Positions 12,061 to 24,729 of a stretch of 64,000 bases of DNA are shown in pieces. Every line of letters starts with the position of its first letter. Within the stretch, counting starts at the first letter, position 1. The notes beneath the pieces were generated by a model that did not search any database, had not been told where the DNA came from, and worked only from the letters and a program-made list of their open reading frames with translations. The stretch lies in assembly GCF_030684315.1 (NCBI RefSeq), contig NC_081387.1, positions 5,746,497 through 5,810,496 of the forward strand. The letters run 5' to 3'. The stretch is from Stegostoma tigrinum (lineage: Eukaryota). A program made the position numbers and the translations under genes.

Positions 12061-15000
12061 AAAGAACTTTGGATTGAAAGTGGGAGGTAAGACCGGCAGA
12101 TTTCCAGAGGTAGGGGCTTGGAGCAGGAAGGAGCAAAGCGGGAGAAGCAGATAGCTCTGAGATTTAGTGCTTAGACCAGGTGCGGAGGGCTAAAGAGGCA
12201 TCTCAGGCTCAATGTTTGAAGCCAATTAGTTAACAGAACTCATCAACCTTCACATTGTATTTATCTTCAATGTCTTTAAAACCTGTTCCCAAGATAACTT
12301 CCAACTGGAAATACTGTCTGCTCTTTTGCTGCGTATTTATCAGCAAACTGGACACTGAATTTGAAGAAAACACATTTCCAAAAGGCTGATGTTTCAATGT
12401 TGGTATCAGCTGGAATATTCCAATGACTGTACTGGGTGTTGAGATCCCTGTAATTCTTGTAAGAAAACCAGTTCCCCCAGTGTCTTTATTCCAGAAACTA
12501 GCATCACCTGCAACACTTGTCATATAATTTTCTGACACCAGTATCTCAGTAATGGTGTATCTGCAACCCTTGGCTCCGGTGATATTCAGCACTGTGCTGT
12601 GAGTGCTCCCTGTTTGTACAATCACACAGGACACCACAGAAAGGGCACTGCACCCCACAGCCACATAACATTGTGTACAATTCACTGGATGGATCTGTAG
12701 GGAAAGAAGTGAGTTTTCCAGCAATATCCTTTCCCCAATCCTTAACCCTTTCAGTCAGATGATTTATTTTGATAAAACTTTCAATTTCTTGTTTAACGTT
12801 CTGAGAATTCTCTTTTCAGACTGAAAAGTAACAGGTCCCAGTGTCTCCTATGGAATCTGTATCTCATCTCCCAGATTGTCTTTAAATTTCTAGATGAAAT
12901 CACTGACTGACTTCTCATTGCTTGGGAGAGTTATATTCTTCAGAGCCTCTTTGACCTGTGTGAGTCAGCATAGGAGAGAAACTTGTTCATCATTTGTGGC
13001 TGCACAGTGTTGAAAAACTTGTTTTTTAAGCCAATCTTTCTCAAGTGACATGGTCTGTTTTATATATAGCTGAAGGGCCTGTACTGTGCTGTACTCGGCA
13101 ATATTCATCAAATTTTCCCCTCTTCTTCAAATACAGAATCAGAGCCACCTGGAAGTTTTACTGGTACAAGAACTTCCCTCCTTTGCAGTGGTACCTCATG
13201 TACTGAACAATTTCTAATCCCAATTTTTTATCAACAGCTTGGATGATGGCTGAGATCAGGCAATTTTCACAGAATAATTCTGCTCTCTGTTTGGTTTGAT
13301 CTTTCTCCTGACAGATGTCCTTAAAGCTTTGGCAATAACCTGCTTTCTCCTTTTCTATTGCTCCACAGGATTGTTTTTCTTTTGAAAGTTTTTGTGCAGA
13401 TTTCCATATTTTCTAACTGCAAATATACAGATACAAATTTTAAAATCCAACTTAAAATGTTAAGTAAAAGTAAATCTCTGATCACGGTTTTGCTGAATTT
13501 TCTCCTCTATGACTCTCAGGAGTTCTCTGCAATGATTAGAATCAGAATCCTGCTTCTAGTTCACTGTCTGATTCACAAACTGTTTGCACTACCTCGCTCA
13601 CGGATCTCACAGCTGCTGGGCTCTATGAATGTCATTTTTATTTAATCGTGAGCAATGCTGTTCAGAAATAAAGTTGCAATAATATTCAGGATAACAAGGT
13701 CTTGAGCTGGATGAACACAGCAGGCCAAGCAGAATCATAGGATCAGGAACGCTGACACTTCAGGCCTAGACCCTTCAATTGGCTCAGTATGATTGTAAGT
13801 GACTTGGAGCCTTTTATCCCTCAGTGCAAACACAGTTTTCTTGTTAAATCTCTTCCTAAGTTTTCTGCTTGTGGGCAAGTTCTGGCTCATTTTCACGTCT
13901 TTCATTATATTTGATGGTGGCGAATAATTAGATGTTGAAATTGTCTTCTGCCATAGGCTTTCTTCATTTCAGTTTGATGTGATTATTTTGTCGATTGCCT
14001 TAAATTAAGTATTGGTGCAAGCACCTGTGCCTTCCGATTGTTGATGCTTCTACCAAGTGGGAAGTTATCCCAATCTTCTCTTTCCAGTAAACAGGGCAAT
14101 TCTGACTTTTAATGCTGCTATGAAATCACTTCCTAGCCATCTATTCTACAAGCAAACTAAATCCAATCTATTTACTGGTCTTCACATTGTCTGTCTTTTG
14201 CATGAGTGGCTCAATATGATTGTAAGCGACTTGAGGTTTTCATCCTTCAGCGCAAACACCGTTTTCTCATTAAATCTCTTCTGGAGTTTTGTGCTTGTGG
14301 GCAAGTTCTGGCTCATTTTCATGTCTTTCATTATATTTGATGGTGGCGAATAATTAAATGTAGAAATTGTCTTCTGCCATATTTTCCCAAAAGCTTTCTC
14401 CAGTTGTGTTTTATTCATTTCCTCATTTTCTTGTCTGCACTTCTGTAGGAGTTCATTGACCTGTTCTTCAATCCGACTCTGATACTTATCCTTAATATCA
14501 TTCAGCTTCTGCAGAGCTCTCCTCCTCTGCACTGCCTAATCACACTTCCTGTCCATATACATTCCATGTTCAATGATCAGAGATTCAATGCTCTGGACAA
14601 AATCCTTCCTGCATTTTTCAGCAAGGTTTGAGTTTTTGCCAGTGGAATAATAGTTCTTCGATGTAGAAGAGCTTTTTCTTTCTGTACATTGAGGAATTCC
14701 ACCCGTTCTCTTTTCAAATGTTGAACTACATTTTCTGGATCCTGTTATGTATTAAAAATTCTGTTCTGTGCTCTTTCCAGGAAGAAATGTATCTCTTTCC
14801 TCAGTTCCCACTCCAGCTCAGTGTACATGACAGGAAATTCCTTGTACCAAACTGTTCTGGAAACTGAAGATGAAATTCTCATATTTCACTGCCTTCCACG
14901 GGGACTTAATCCAATCGATAAACGCAGAGATGGTCTACAGTCTCCTTTTATTTCTCTTCTCTTTCAGATTCTGAAAAATCATTTTCTTCAGCTCAAAGAC

Positions 15001-15231
15001 CCTGTGACTATAGCCACTATTGACAGCTGCCATGGGTGGATTCCCATGCCACAGCCCTGGGATGTTCCAGTTATTCTCCATTGCACCATACTCCAACACA
15101 TCCGAGAACTTGCTGAACTCTCGATCACATTTTTACATTTCAGTCGCTGCTTGTGTCATCACATCCAGATGTTCCGGCCGATGTCTGCAGCCTCTGATAT
15201 TCTGATCATGAGCAGCCACGTCACTCACATT

Positions 15232-15906
15232 CTAGTGAACAAAATAACAAACCGGCCTTTTCCCCACTTCTCTCATCTGTATAAATGCATGGACCACTAT
15301 CTGCAGCACATCCTGCATCTCAGTAGAGTTTTCCATGGCCATGTTTATCAATGCTATATCACTTAACCTGATCACCAGTGCGGCATGCTCATTGTCATGT
15401 TCATAGCTGTCGTCGATTTCTGACAGCCCTGGTGCTTTCAGCCCCTCAGTGTCGATCATCATGATGTACCCACAACCCAGCTCCATCAGCAGATTTCATG
15501 TGATCTTAATGTGTTGCATGTAGGCCCCACAGGTACATCGCCCACTGCTCACAGCAAACTGCAAACCAAACGTGGTGTTGAGATGTGTGGACTTGCCTGT
15601 GGTCTGTACTCCCAGCACCGTCAGCACAAACACACTGGTTTCACTGCCAGTCCTGTCTTCAACTGTGTCCGGTACATCAGTGATCCACTTTAAAGGCATG
15701 TTGGAAACATCTCCATCGATGAGTTCGAAAGGGAATCCATCCAACATCAGGTCAGCAGCAGTTTGGGGTAACATTTGTACAATGTTCTCTTCCTCATTAC
15801 CTTTGTCGTCCTTTATCAATGTTGCATAGATACTCCGATTTCTCGCATGAAGTTTTCGAGTCCAAGGGAGCTGGCAGTTATCTGTTGGTCTAATTTTTGT
15901 AAACAC
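15232..15906 (-). pseudogene. GVIN1: VLIG-type G domain of the GVIN pseudogene (frameshift between G1/G2 and G3)
   Basis: ORFs 15496-15906 and 15232-15486 are in different frames; P-loop GxxxxGKS and DTEG present. Confidence 0.93.
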
Positions 15907-16212
15907 TTTTTGGTTGTAGAATCTTTCTGCTTTGTTGACTGTCCCTGGGATTTCTCATACAGAGCTTCGTATTTTTTATGTAACCCAAAGAGACAGTCTC
16001 TTGATCTAGAATCCAACCCAAATTTTATCCAGTGCAGGAAATATTTCCTCTCATCCCTGCCTGTCAGGTCTGTAATGAATATTTTCACATCAACTGATAT
16101 ATCTTGTGCTCACTGTTGCATTTGAAGTTTCCTTTTCCTTTCTTCAAGGTCATTACAATATTTTTGTGTTGAACTCTCCTTTCCCTGCTTTGGGCAACAT
16201 TGTTCTTTTTCT

Positions 16213-16390
16213 AGAGATAATGGGAACTGCAGATGCTGGAGAATCCAAGATAACAAAGTGTGAAGCTGGACGAACACAGCAGGACAAGCTGATGTTTCGG
16301 GTGAAGGGTCTCGGCCTGAAACGTCAGCTTTTGTGCTCCTAAGATGCTGCTCAGCCTGCTGTGTTCATCCAGCTCCACACTTTGATATCT
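16213..16390. mobile_element. Fold-back Penelope-terminus insert within the GVIN exon
   Basis: Same family as 45310-45522; CATTGTTCTTTT duplicated at 16198-16209 and 16391-16402. Confidence 0.85.
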
Positions 16391-16989
16391 CATTGTTCTT
16401 TTGACGGGTTAGTTCCCAGGCTTTTTTCAATATGAGTCGCAGTATCTCAGTAAATTCTGCATTGTTCCTTTTGCCTTGTGATAATATTTGTTTCCGTTTA
16501 AACACTGAAGATGTAACAAATCTCCTCAAGTGTTCTTTAGTCTGATTGCTCACACTGCTCTCAGTGAGCACGATGTATGTACTCGCTGGAGACTGTGTGA
16601 GGGACTTCAGAATCTTGCTTAAATCACTGTTGATATTATCAATCCAAATAAAACCAGCTGAAGAGATGTTTGTCAGAAACTGAACCTGTGTGTGGGACTC
16701 TTTAATATCACTTTGAAGGTTTATACCACACTTGGCTCCATGAAAAGATTCAATTCCTCACTCTCACTGGGCAGGTACCATCTCAACTTGACAAGGCTAT
16801 CAGAAATCCTGCGAGAGAAATCACCACCATCGATATTGTAATGGATGAAGAAGTTGTGATGTTGCTGGGAGGAGCTGAGGACTTCATTTAGAATCACAGA
16901 TTTGCAAATGGTGCAGGAACCTATTTGGATGAAGGAAAAGATGGGAATGTTAGCAGTCACCATGTTTGTTTCCTTAAAACCTGCATAAT

Positions 16990-17988
16990 AGAACATAGAA
17001 CATAGAACAAAGAACAGTACAGCACAGAACAGGCCCCTCAGCCCACAATGTTGTGCCGACCATTGATCCTCATGTATGCACCCTCAAATTTCTGTGACCA
17101 TATACATGTCCAGCAGTCTCTTAAATGACCCCAATGACCTTGCTTCCACAACTGCTGCTGGCAACGCATTCCATGCTCTCACAACTCTCTGCGTAAAGAA
17201 CCTGCCTCTGACATCCCCTCTATACTTTCCACCAACCAGCTTAAAACTATGACCCCTCGTGCTAGCCATTTCTACCCTGGGAAATAGTCTCTGGCTATCA
17301 ACTCTATCTATGCCTCTCATTATCTTGTATACCTCAATTAGGTCCCCTCTCCTCCTCCTTTTCTCCAATGAAAAGAGACCGAGCTCAGTTAACCTCTCTT
17401 CATAAGATAAGCCCTCCAGTCCAGGCAGCATCCTGGTAAACCTCCTCTGAACCCTCTCCAAAGCATCCACATCTTTCCTATAATAGGGCGACCAGAACTG
17501 GACGCAGTATTCCAAGTGCGGTCTAACCAAAGTTTTATAGAGCTGCAACAAGATCTCACGACTCTTAAACTCAATCCCCCTGTTAATGAAAGCCAAAACA
17601 CCATATGCTTTCTTAACAACCCTGTCCACTTGGGTGGCCATTTTAAGGGATCTATGTATCTGCACACCAAGATCCCTCTGTTCCTCCACGCTGCCAAGAA
17701 TCCTATCCTTAATCCTGTACTCAGCTTTCAAATTCGACCTTCCAAAATGCATCACCTCGCATTTATCCAGGTTGAACTCCATCTGCCACCTCTCAGCCCA
17801 TCTCTGCATCCTGTCAATGTCCCGCTGCAGCCTACAACAGCCCTCTACACTGTCAACGACACCTCCGACCTTTGTGTCGTCTGCAAACTTGCTGACCCAT
17901 CCTTCAATTCCCTCGTCCAAGTCATTAATAAAAATTACAAACAGTAGAGACCCAAGGACAGAGCCCTGTGGAACTCCACTCACCACTG
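16990..17988 (-). mobile_element. Young 5'-truncated CR1 inserted in the GVIN exon
   Basis: Uninterrupted RT C-terminal ORF (SGVPQGSVLG, FINDL, FADDTK, to stop at 17084); (ctatgtt)n tail; ATAAT at 16985-16989 and 17989-17993. Confidence 0.95.
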
Positions 17989-18914
17989 ATAATGTTGGAG
18001 TGAGAGTGGGCGCTACTTCTTCATAATGGAGTGCAGGGCCCACAGTAGGAAGGTGCAGCCCTTGTTACCAGCCGGCAGTAATAGGTCAGGAACGGGTCAG
18101 TATACAGGAAAATTTCCTTTCTAAGTATCTGCCTACGGAATCTCTGCAACAATGATATCCAAGGAATGGTATAAATCTTCACAGCTTTCATCCAGAAACA
18201 GAAGATCCAAGCTATCTGATTCTGAATGATTTTGTATCTTTGTTGGTTTGTATTTTGAGCTTCTTGCCTGTGAATTGACAATCATTAAATTCCAGAGAAA
18301 ATATCCTGGAATATCCTGAGGGGAATTTGGTGATTTATTTTGAAGTGTTTCTGTATTTAGGTTGGGAATGTCGCTCAGAAACAGTTTCTTGCTTTGTAAT
18401 CCTAATTCTGTCAAGAATTCTGGAATATTGATTCCTGCATTAGATTTTCCAGTATTTACATTGGAATCATTGTTAGTAGGAATTGATTCATCTCTTTGGA
18501 CTTGTTCATTAGTGATCTTGTTTTCTTCCAGTGTGTTAAGTGATACTGCACTTTGTTGTGATTGTCTCTGAACAGGCTTTGCTCTGTTGGATTCAGTCAT
18601 CTTTAGTCTCACCTCAACATCCTGGCCTCCTAGCGGTGAAGAGTGAGATCTGCCTCTGGCTGTGCTGAAACTAATAAAGATTTTAAATTAAATCATTTCA
18701 GAGGCTTATTAATAATTAACATTATTAGGCCAGTGATTTAAACAGGATTGTAAAAAATTAGAATCACACTGGTTTGTTTTCCTTTCATCATACAGTCTGT
18801 GCCCTGTGCCAACTGTGGTCTGTGACTTCAGCTAACGAAGTCAATCTTCTTCTCAAAACTCCTTAGTGTCTCTCTGCCCAATGTTTTCCACACTGTTTTC
18901 TGTAATCATTGGTC

Positions 18915-19245
18915 CACATTCGTACCATCCACAAGATGCACTGTATATAATCACAAGTCTTCAAGGACAGCTCAAGACCACCACCAACTTGAACAACAAG
19001 AGCAGCAAACACATGGGAACACCACCACCTGCAAGCTATTCATCATACTGACTTGGAAATGAATCACTACTTCTTCCGTGTAGCTGGGTCAAAATCTTAG
19101 AAGTCCCTTCCTAGCAGGATTATGGGTGCATCTACAAACAAATAGACAGCAGTGGTTCAAGAAAGCAGTTCACCACCACCTTCTCAAGAGGAACTAAGAA
19201 GAGGCAACAAATGCTGCCTCTGCTTGCAAACCTACATGAATGAAT
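18915..19245 (+). mobile_element. L2/CR1-group LINE 3' end
   Basis: gcagtggttcaagaaagcagttcaccaccaccttctcaag tail shared with copies near 26000 and 34350. Confidence 0.75.
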
Positions 19246-20414
19246 GAGAAAAATCTTACATTATCCTGCTTTTATAGTTCATGCAGATTCTGTGTATGTA
19301 TTGATTACTTGCTGCTTGGTAACTTTTCCGTTAATAATTTGTAATCATTTGTAATAGTTTTATTGAGACTTAAGGTTCCAAGCACCTTTTCCACTTTGTC
19401 CTTTGCTTTAAGCTAAAGCAACTCATTCCAAACACAAACAATCACTGGGAGTTAAAAAAAAAGTAACCTCTAAAATCAGTCATTATTAGGTGTTTGTGTG
19501 GAGTCTTACAGGAACAGAGACCATCTGTAATGGGAATGACGGCCCTGTGAGTATTCTACATTTTGAAGTTTCAGTCAGGGGATAGTGGGAAGTGACATCA
19601 ATTGATGACAGTTTCCCCAAAGGGCCAACAATGGACTAGCCACACATATTGGAATATTGCAACAGATTGGAAACATGCCTGGCCTCAACTTGGCCAATCA
19701 GACATAATAATGTTATTGATCATCCAGTGGGTTGTGGCTTGGCAAGTGTTAATAAGCAACGGCTTTTGGTGAGTGAGGTTTCCACCAAGTTTAAAACTGA
19801 AACTTACAGAGACTGCTGTCCAGGCAGAAGGTTCCAGAGGCACTGAAGGGAAGCCAAAGACTCAGTAGAGACTCATGCTCTAAGGTGAATTGGAATGCAC
19901 CTGTAAAGTTACTGAACTGCTTTGTTAACTGTTATTTAGTAACTTAAGTAAGGTTTAATGAATTCTTTCACGAGACTGTCTCCTGTTGCTGGAATGGTTA
20001 AAGCCTTAAGTAACAAAGAATTCCATTTGGAAGGAAAATTGAAAACAAAATTTCAAAACTGACGGAGCACATTACAATGCTTGGAAAGACAATGAAATTT
20101 TTAATGAAAAGCAGGAAGCGATTGAGAACTCAATGAACAACTTCAGAAGAAAAATGTGCAGACAAATATTTTAAGGAAAATAGTTCATCATTTAGAATTA
20201 GGAGCTGAATAGTCAATACCATAATAAAAGTAGATCATATCTAGTATGCATGCAAAAGCTACTTTGGTTGAGGTACTGTACATTCTCCAGGGAAGGAGCT
20301 CACAGAAAGAAGAGAAATAAAATGGCAGGCTGACCTAGGAGTTTTCTGATGTTAAACAACTCCACAACAAAGCAGATCATTCTCTGTATAAACTTAGCTC
20401 TGGGGTTAAATGCA

Positions 20415-21455
20415 TAATATTTCCAAGTCAGGATGGCAAGTGGCTCGGAGAGGAACTTGCAGGTAGTGGTTTTCCCATGTAACTGCTGCCCTTGTCCTTC
20501 TAGATGGAAGTATTCTTGGGCTTGCAACATGCTGTCTGAGGAGCTTTGGTGAATTTCTGCAGTGTGTCTTGTAGACAATACATACTGCTGCTGAGCATCT
20601 GTGGTGGTGGGAGTGGATGCTTTTGGATATACTGCCAATCAAGTGGGCTGCTTTGACTTGGATGGTGTCAAGTTCTTGAGTGTTGCTGAGGCTGCACCCA
20701 TCCAGGAAAGTGGGGAGTGTTCCATCATACTCCTGAGTTATGCCTTCCAGGTGGTGGAAAGGCTTTTGGGAGTCAGGAAGTGAGTTATTGCCCACATTAT
20801 CCCTAGTCTCTGAGCTGTTCTTGTAGCTACTGCATTTATGTGGTGAGTCCAGTTAAATTTCTGATCAATGATACCTCCCAGGATGTTGATACTGGGAGAT
20901 TCAGTGACAGTAACAGCATTGAATGTCAAGGGTTGGTAGTTAGATTGTCTTTTATCGATGATGGTCATAGCCTGGCACTTGTGTGGTGTGACTGTTACTG
21001 CCATTTGTCAGCCCAAGCCTGGATATTGTCCAGATCTTGCTGTATTTGGACATGGACTGCTTCAATACCTGAGAAGTCATGACCAATGCTGAACACTGTG
21101 CAATAGCTGCAGATATCCTAACTTCTGACCTTATGATGGAGAGAAGGTCAATGATGAAGAAGCTGGAGGTGTTTGGGCCAACAACACTGCAGAGGAATTC
21201 CTGCAGAGATGTCCTGGAGCTGAGCTGACTGACTATCTTCCAAAGTGTCAGGTGTGACTGTAACCACCAGAGAGTTTGCCCCTTGATACCCATTAATTTC
21301 AGTTTTGCTAATGTTTGTTTATGTCACACTCAGTCGAATGCACCCTTGATATCAAGGGCTGTCACTCTTACCTCGCCTCTGTAATTCAGCTCTTGATCCA
21401 TGTCTGAAACAAGGCTGTAATGAGGTCAGGAGCTGAGTGGCCCTGACAGAACCCA
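20415..21455 (-). mobile_element. L2/CR1-group LINE RT C-terminal fragment
   Basis: GIKGQTLWWLQSHL, PHKCQAMTI, INILG.IDQKFNWT.HIN. Confidence 0.8.
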
Positions 21456-22449
21456 GAATTCTGCACCAGAACTGGATGGACTTCTGAGAAATCTGATGCC
21501 CTCTTTCTACTACAGTTTCCAACCATGTATTGAAATGATCAATTCTCCTGTTCTCACTCTCATCAAACAATCTAAAGTAAGAAACGTCCTTTCCATATTG
21601 TCCTAAACCTCATAGTGCATTAATGACCACATTTTAAGTGCTATCCATTTAACACATTGTTTACCTCATACCTCAGAACCAAGTCGTCCTCTCTTGATGA
21701 ATTGTGAATATGCCTTTGTAGAACTTTTCTCTGAGGGTCTCTTGGAACTCTTGCACTTCACTATTCTTTACACTGTTCCAGTGCAATTTGGTTCCAATTT
21801 TTTTATGATTGCAAATGCCCTGTTCCAATCAACATTCTATATATAATAAAATGAGCTGAGCATTAATGGCTGATTTCAGCACTCAGCAACCCCTGCAGTG
21901 GAGAATTTCCCCTATCCAGGCCACAGGAGAGCTGTGTGTAGATGCAGAGTTCAGAGCAGGTGCAGTGTGCGGGGTGCCCATGGGTGGGGACACCTTTTTT
22001 TCCCCCAAATGCAGTTGGTGAGGATTTGGGAACGAGGAGGGAGCATTGGACCCAGAGGTAGATGGGAAATGGCTGAAAACATTTCAAATTATAATTTTAT
22101 ATCATCCATAAGTACAGACAAAGTGTCCTAAAAGTCTTTGCAGAGGGGGAAAAAAAAGACAAACCCCCATTGCAATTTGACATTCCCGAGAGGTTCCCTA
22201 CAGTTGCAAAACAAAGAATAGTAAAGAGCAAAAGTTTCAAAAGTGTCTCAGAAAAAGTTCTACAATGGCATATTCACAATTCAACAAGCGAGCAAGACTT
22301 TGCTGTAAGGAATGAGGTGGGCAATGTGGTAAATGGGCAGCATTGAAAATATGATAATTTTCTATTCTCACAGGAAACTATTTATATTCATTTTGAGGCA
22401 AGGAGTGGGGGATAGGTGGCGGTGGTCTGAGAATTGAACGGACCCTGTT

Positions 22450-23265
22450 ACACTTTGGTAGAGAGTCTGTGGACTGTGTTCTTTTCCTCACTGTGCCTTG
22501 ATAGCAGGTGCGCCAAATTTTAATGTGTCCCTCATCATGTAGCCCTGGACCTTGGAGTGTGACACTTTGTCGAGGGTAATTCCTCACACTGGATGACCAA
22601 CAAATTTTGAGAAGACCAAAGAGTGGCTTTCACCGAGTCAGTGGTCTTCCAGGTACAGTTAATGTTTCTCCCTGTGTGCGTCCCAGGGAACAGACTGTGG
22701 AGAATAATGTCCTGGCTCATGGAGCTGCTCTGGACAAACTTGCACAATATCCACTGTATCTGTCTCCAGGTCTCCTTGCAAAGGTGCATTCCAGAAGGTG
22801 ATGAATGACAGTCTGTTCACCAGTGCAGTCACTTCAAGGGCAGCGTGCAGTAGCACAGAGACTGGGTGTACATGAAGGATCCGACAAATATTGCCCAACT
22901 TGGTGTTTGTTAGAAAGTTCTGGTGATGAGGCATTCTGTCAAATGACTTTGACAGTTTGTTCAGGGAACCAGGGGATAGGATCAACCATCTCCTTTTCCT
23001 TTAAGATCTGCCAGACGTTACCACCTTATGGATTTGTGGTCAAAAGTGTTTTTCTTTACATATTTTTTCCTGAAGTACAGGTGACACAAAACGATCCAAC
23101 TTCAGTACGTGGTGATGTTTGGTGCTTGTGCATGAGGATCCATGTACAGCTTGATGCAACCAACTGCAAATGAAGGGCAGTGTTGGGTACATGTGGGCAC
23201 CCCCAATTCCAGACTTTTGTAAATGGATCCCTGTAGACATGGCCCATCTTTGAGCTCCAGACGAA
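22450..23265 (-). mobile_element. L1/Tx1-type LINE ORF2 3' fragment
   Basis: VPNTAL.., GCIKLYMDP, LFPGTHTGRNINCTWKTTDSVKATLWSSQNLLV, resembling fish/shark Tx1 C-termini. Confidence 0.75.
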
Positions 23266-23274
23266 GTAGAACTG

Positions 23275-23545
23275 GAAAACCTTTTATCTTTGGGACATGG
23301 TACCTCAGCAACATTGATGGCCTCCAGAACAGGGGGAGCCTGCCCATCTGCAAATGTCACTAGGATTTGTATGTTCTCTGCAATATCTTTGTCAAAAATG
23401 GAAAGAATTGAATCAAAGACATTTGTGTCTGGGTCAGATGAGCCATAGAGCCTTGAGCAACGAAACACACAGCATCGATCTGATCAACACCATCTGGGGA
23501 AGTGAAGAACTCTTGGATCTGATCAGTGAGCAATTTATATGCTTC
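23275..23545 (-). pseudogene. Fragment of a septin-type/AIG1-like GTPase of the fish immune-associated family
   Basis: LTDQIQEFFTSPDGVDQIDAVCFVAQGSMAHLTQTQ (frameshift) VFDSILSIFDKDIAENIQILVTFADGQAPPVLEAINVAEVPCPKD; cut off by CR1 (right) and Tx1 (left). Confidence 0.75.
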
Positions 23546-23559
23546 AAAAGCAGAATAAT

Positions 23560-24720
23560 GTCAAATACAAGGGCACTCTAACATAAAGCATGCAGCATTC
23601 TCAGGAAGGTAAATGATCTCAGCACATAAATAGAGCTCATCTGTATGACCTATGTATTATTACAGAAACAATGTCTGTGCAGTAATCAGGACTGGGAATG
23701 CAATATTCAAGGATATTCACCATTCAGGAAGGAGAGACAAGATGGAAAAGAGGGTTCAGTTGTGCTGATTTTGAGGGATTGGAGCAGTACATTAGTCAGG
23801 GAGGATGTCTGATCTGAAGGACAATGTGTGGAATCTATTTTGGTGGATATAAAACAGCAAGTGGCAATAGATATTGGTTGGATTTACTTATATGCCACCA
23901 ATTGGAGGTGGTGGTGTGGGGCACAGCATTAATCAGGAGATGAGAGAGCCATGTAGCATGCAAAACACAATTATCATGGGTGAATTCAACTGCATTTAGA
24001 ACACTAAAACAACTGGGCACGAAAGATGTGGAGAACAGGATTTTGCAATGCATTTGGGCTGGATTTTCAGAGCGGCTTTTGGGTAACCAACTGGAGGACG
24101 TGTGTTAAATCGAATATTTAGGTGTGAAAAAGGATCAATTAACATACTACTTATAAAAAGACAGGACTGCAGAGGCCATGGTGAAAGAGAATTAATTCAG
24201 ATGCTTTTAAGTTCATTAAAAAGGTATTTGACAGGCTGTCTGTATTTAAAGTTGTCATGGCACCAGAACTGGATGAGACGTGTTCATTTTGGCAGGAAGA
24301 ACATGCGGAGATAATACAAAGGGTGAACTTGGAAGTGTGTAAAGAACAGAGGGCCCTGGGGTTTTCTGTGCATATATCATTAAAAGTATCAGGATTGGTG
24401 GAGAGAGTACTTAATAATGCTCAGGGCTTTGATAATAGGGACTTATAAAATGAAAGCATGGATTTGATATGGATTTTTTACAATACAGCAGTTAGAGCTC
24501 AATTTTGATTACTGAGTCCAGTTTTGGGCACCACACTTTAGGAAGGATTGGAAGGCAGTAAAGGGCAGAACAGGTTTATGAGAATTGTTTCACAGATGAG
24601 GATCTTCAATTACAAAGATAACCAGAAATATGAAACAGATGGAGAAACTGGGAGAATGGAATCTTCACAGGTAAGAAGATGAGAGGATGTATAGTGGAAA
24701 TCAGAGAGCATGGAGTGGAT
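23560..24720 (+). mobile_element. Degraded CR1 ORF2 (endonuclease, then 3' part)
   Basis: ITET / NIQGY / FRKERQDGKRG endonuclease motifs; later ccagttttgggcaccac. Confidence 0.75.
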
Positions 24721-24729
24721 AGTAAACAA

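Larger units (their letters stand above)
12230..18665 (-). pseudogene. GVIN1: Interferon-induced very large GTPase / URGCP-family (GVIN) pseudogene, one large coding exon
   Basis: Collinear family motifs: FLWNLMIVNSQAR; SFIQIGSCTICKSVILN..HHNFFIH..RRISDSLV..WYLP; DGFPFELIDGD; G1 LGVQTTGKSTHLNTTFGLQFAVSSGRCT; G3 IDTEGLKAP..YEHDNE; C-terminal SYKNY..WNIP..FWK region. Many stops, frameshifts and TE insertions. Confidence 0.92.

Noticed and set aside
12230-12724. 164-aa ORF as a separate membrane protein
   Set aside because: Mostly an alternative frame of the frameshifted GVIN C-terminus
17084-18043. 319-aa ORF as a host gene
   Set aside because: It is the CR1 RT C-terminus read from an out-of-frame ATG in the GVIN sequence
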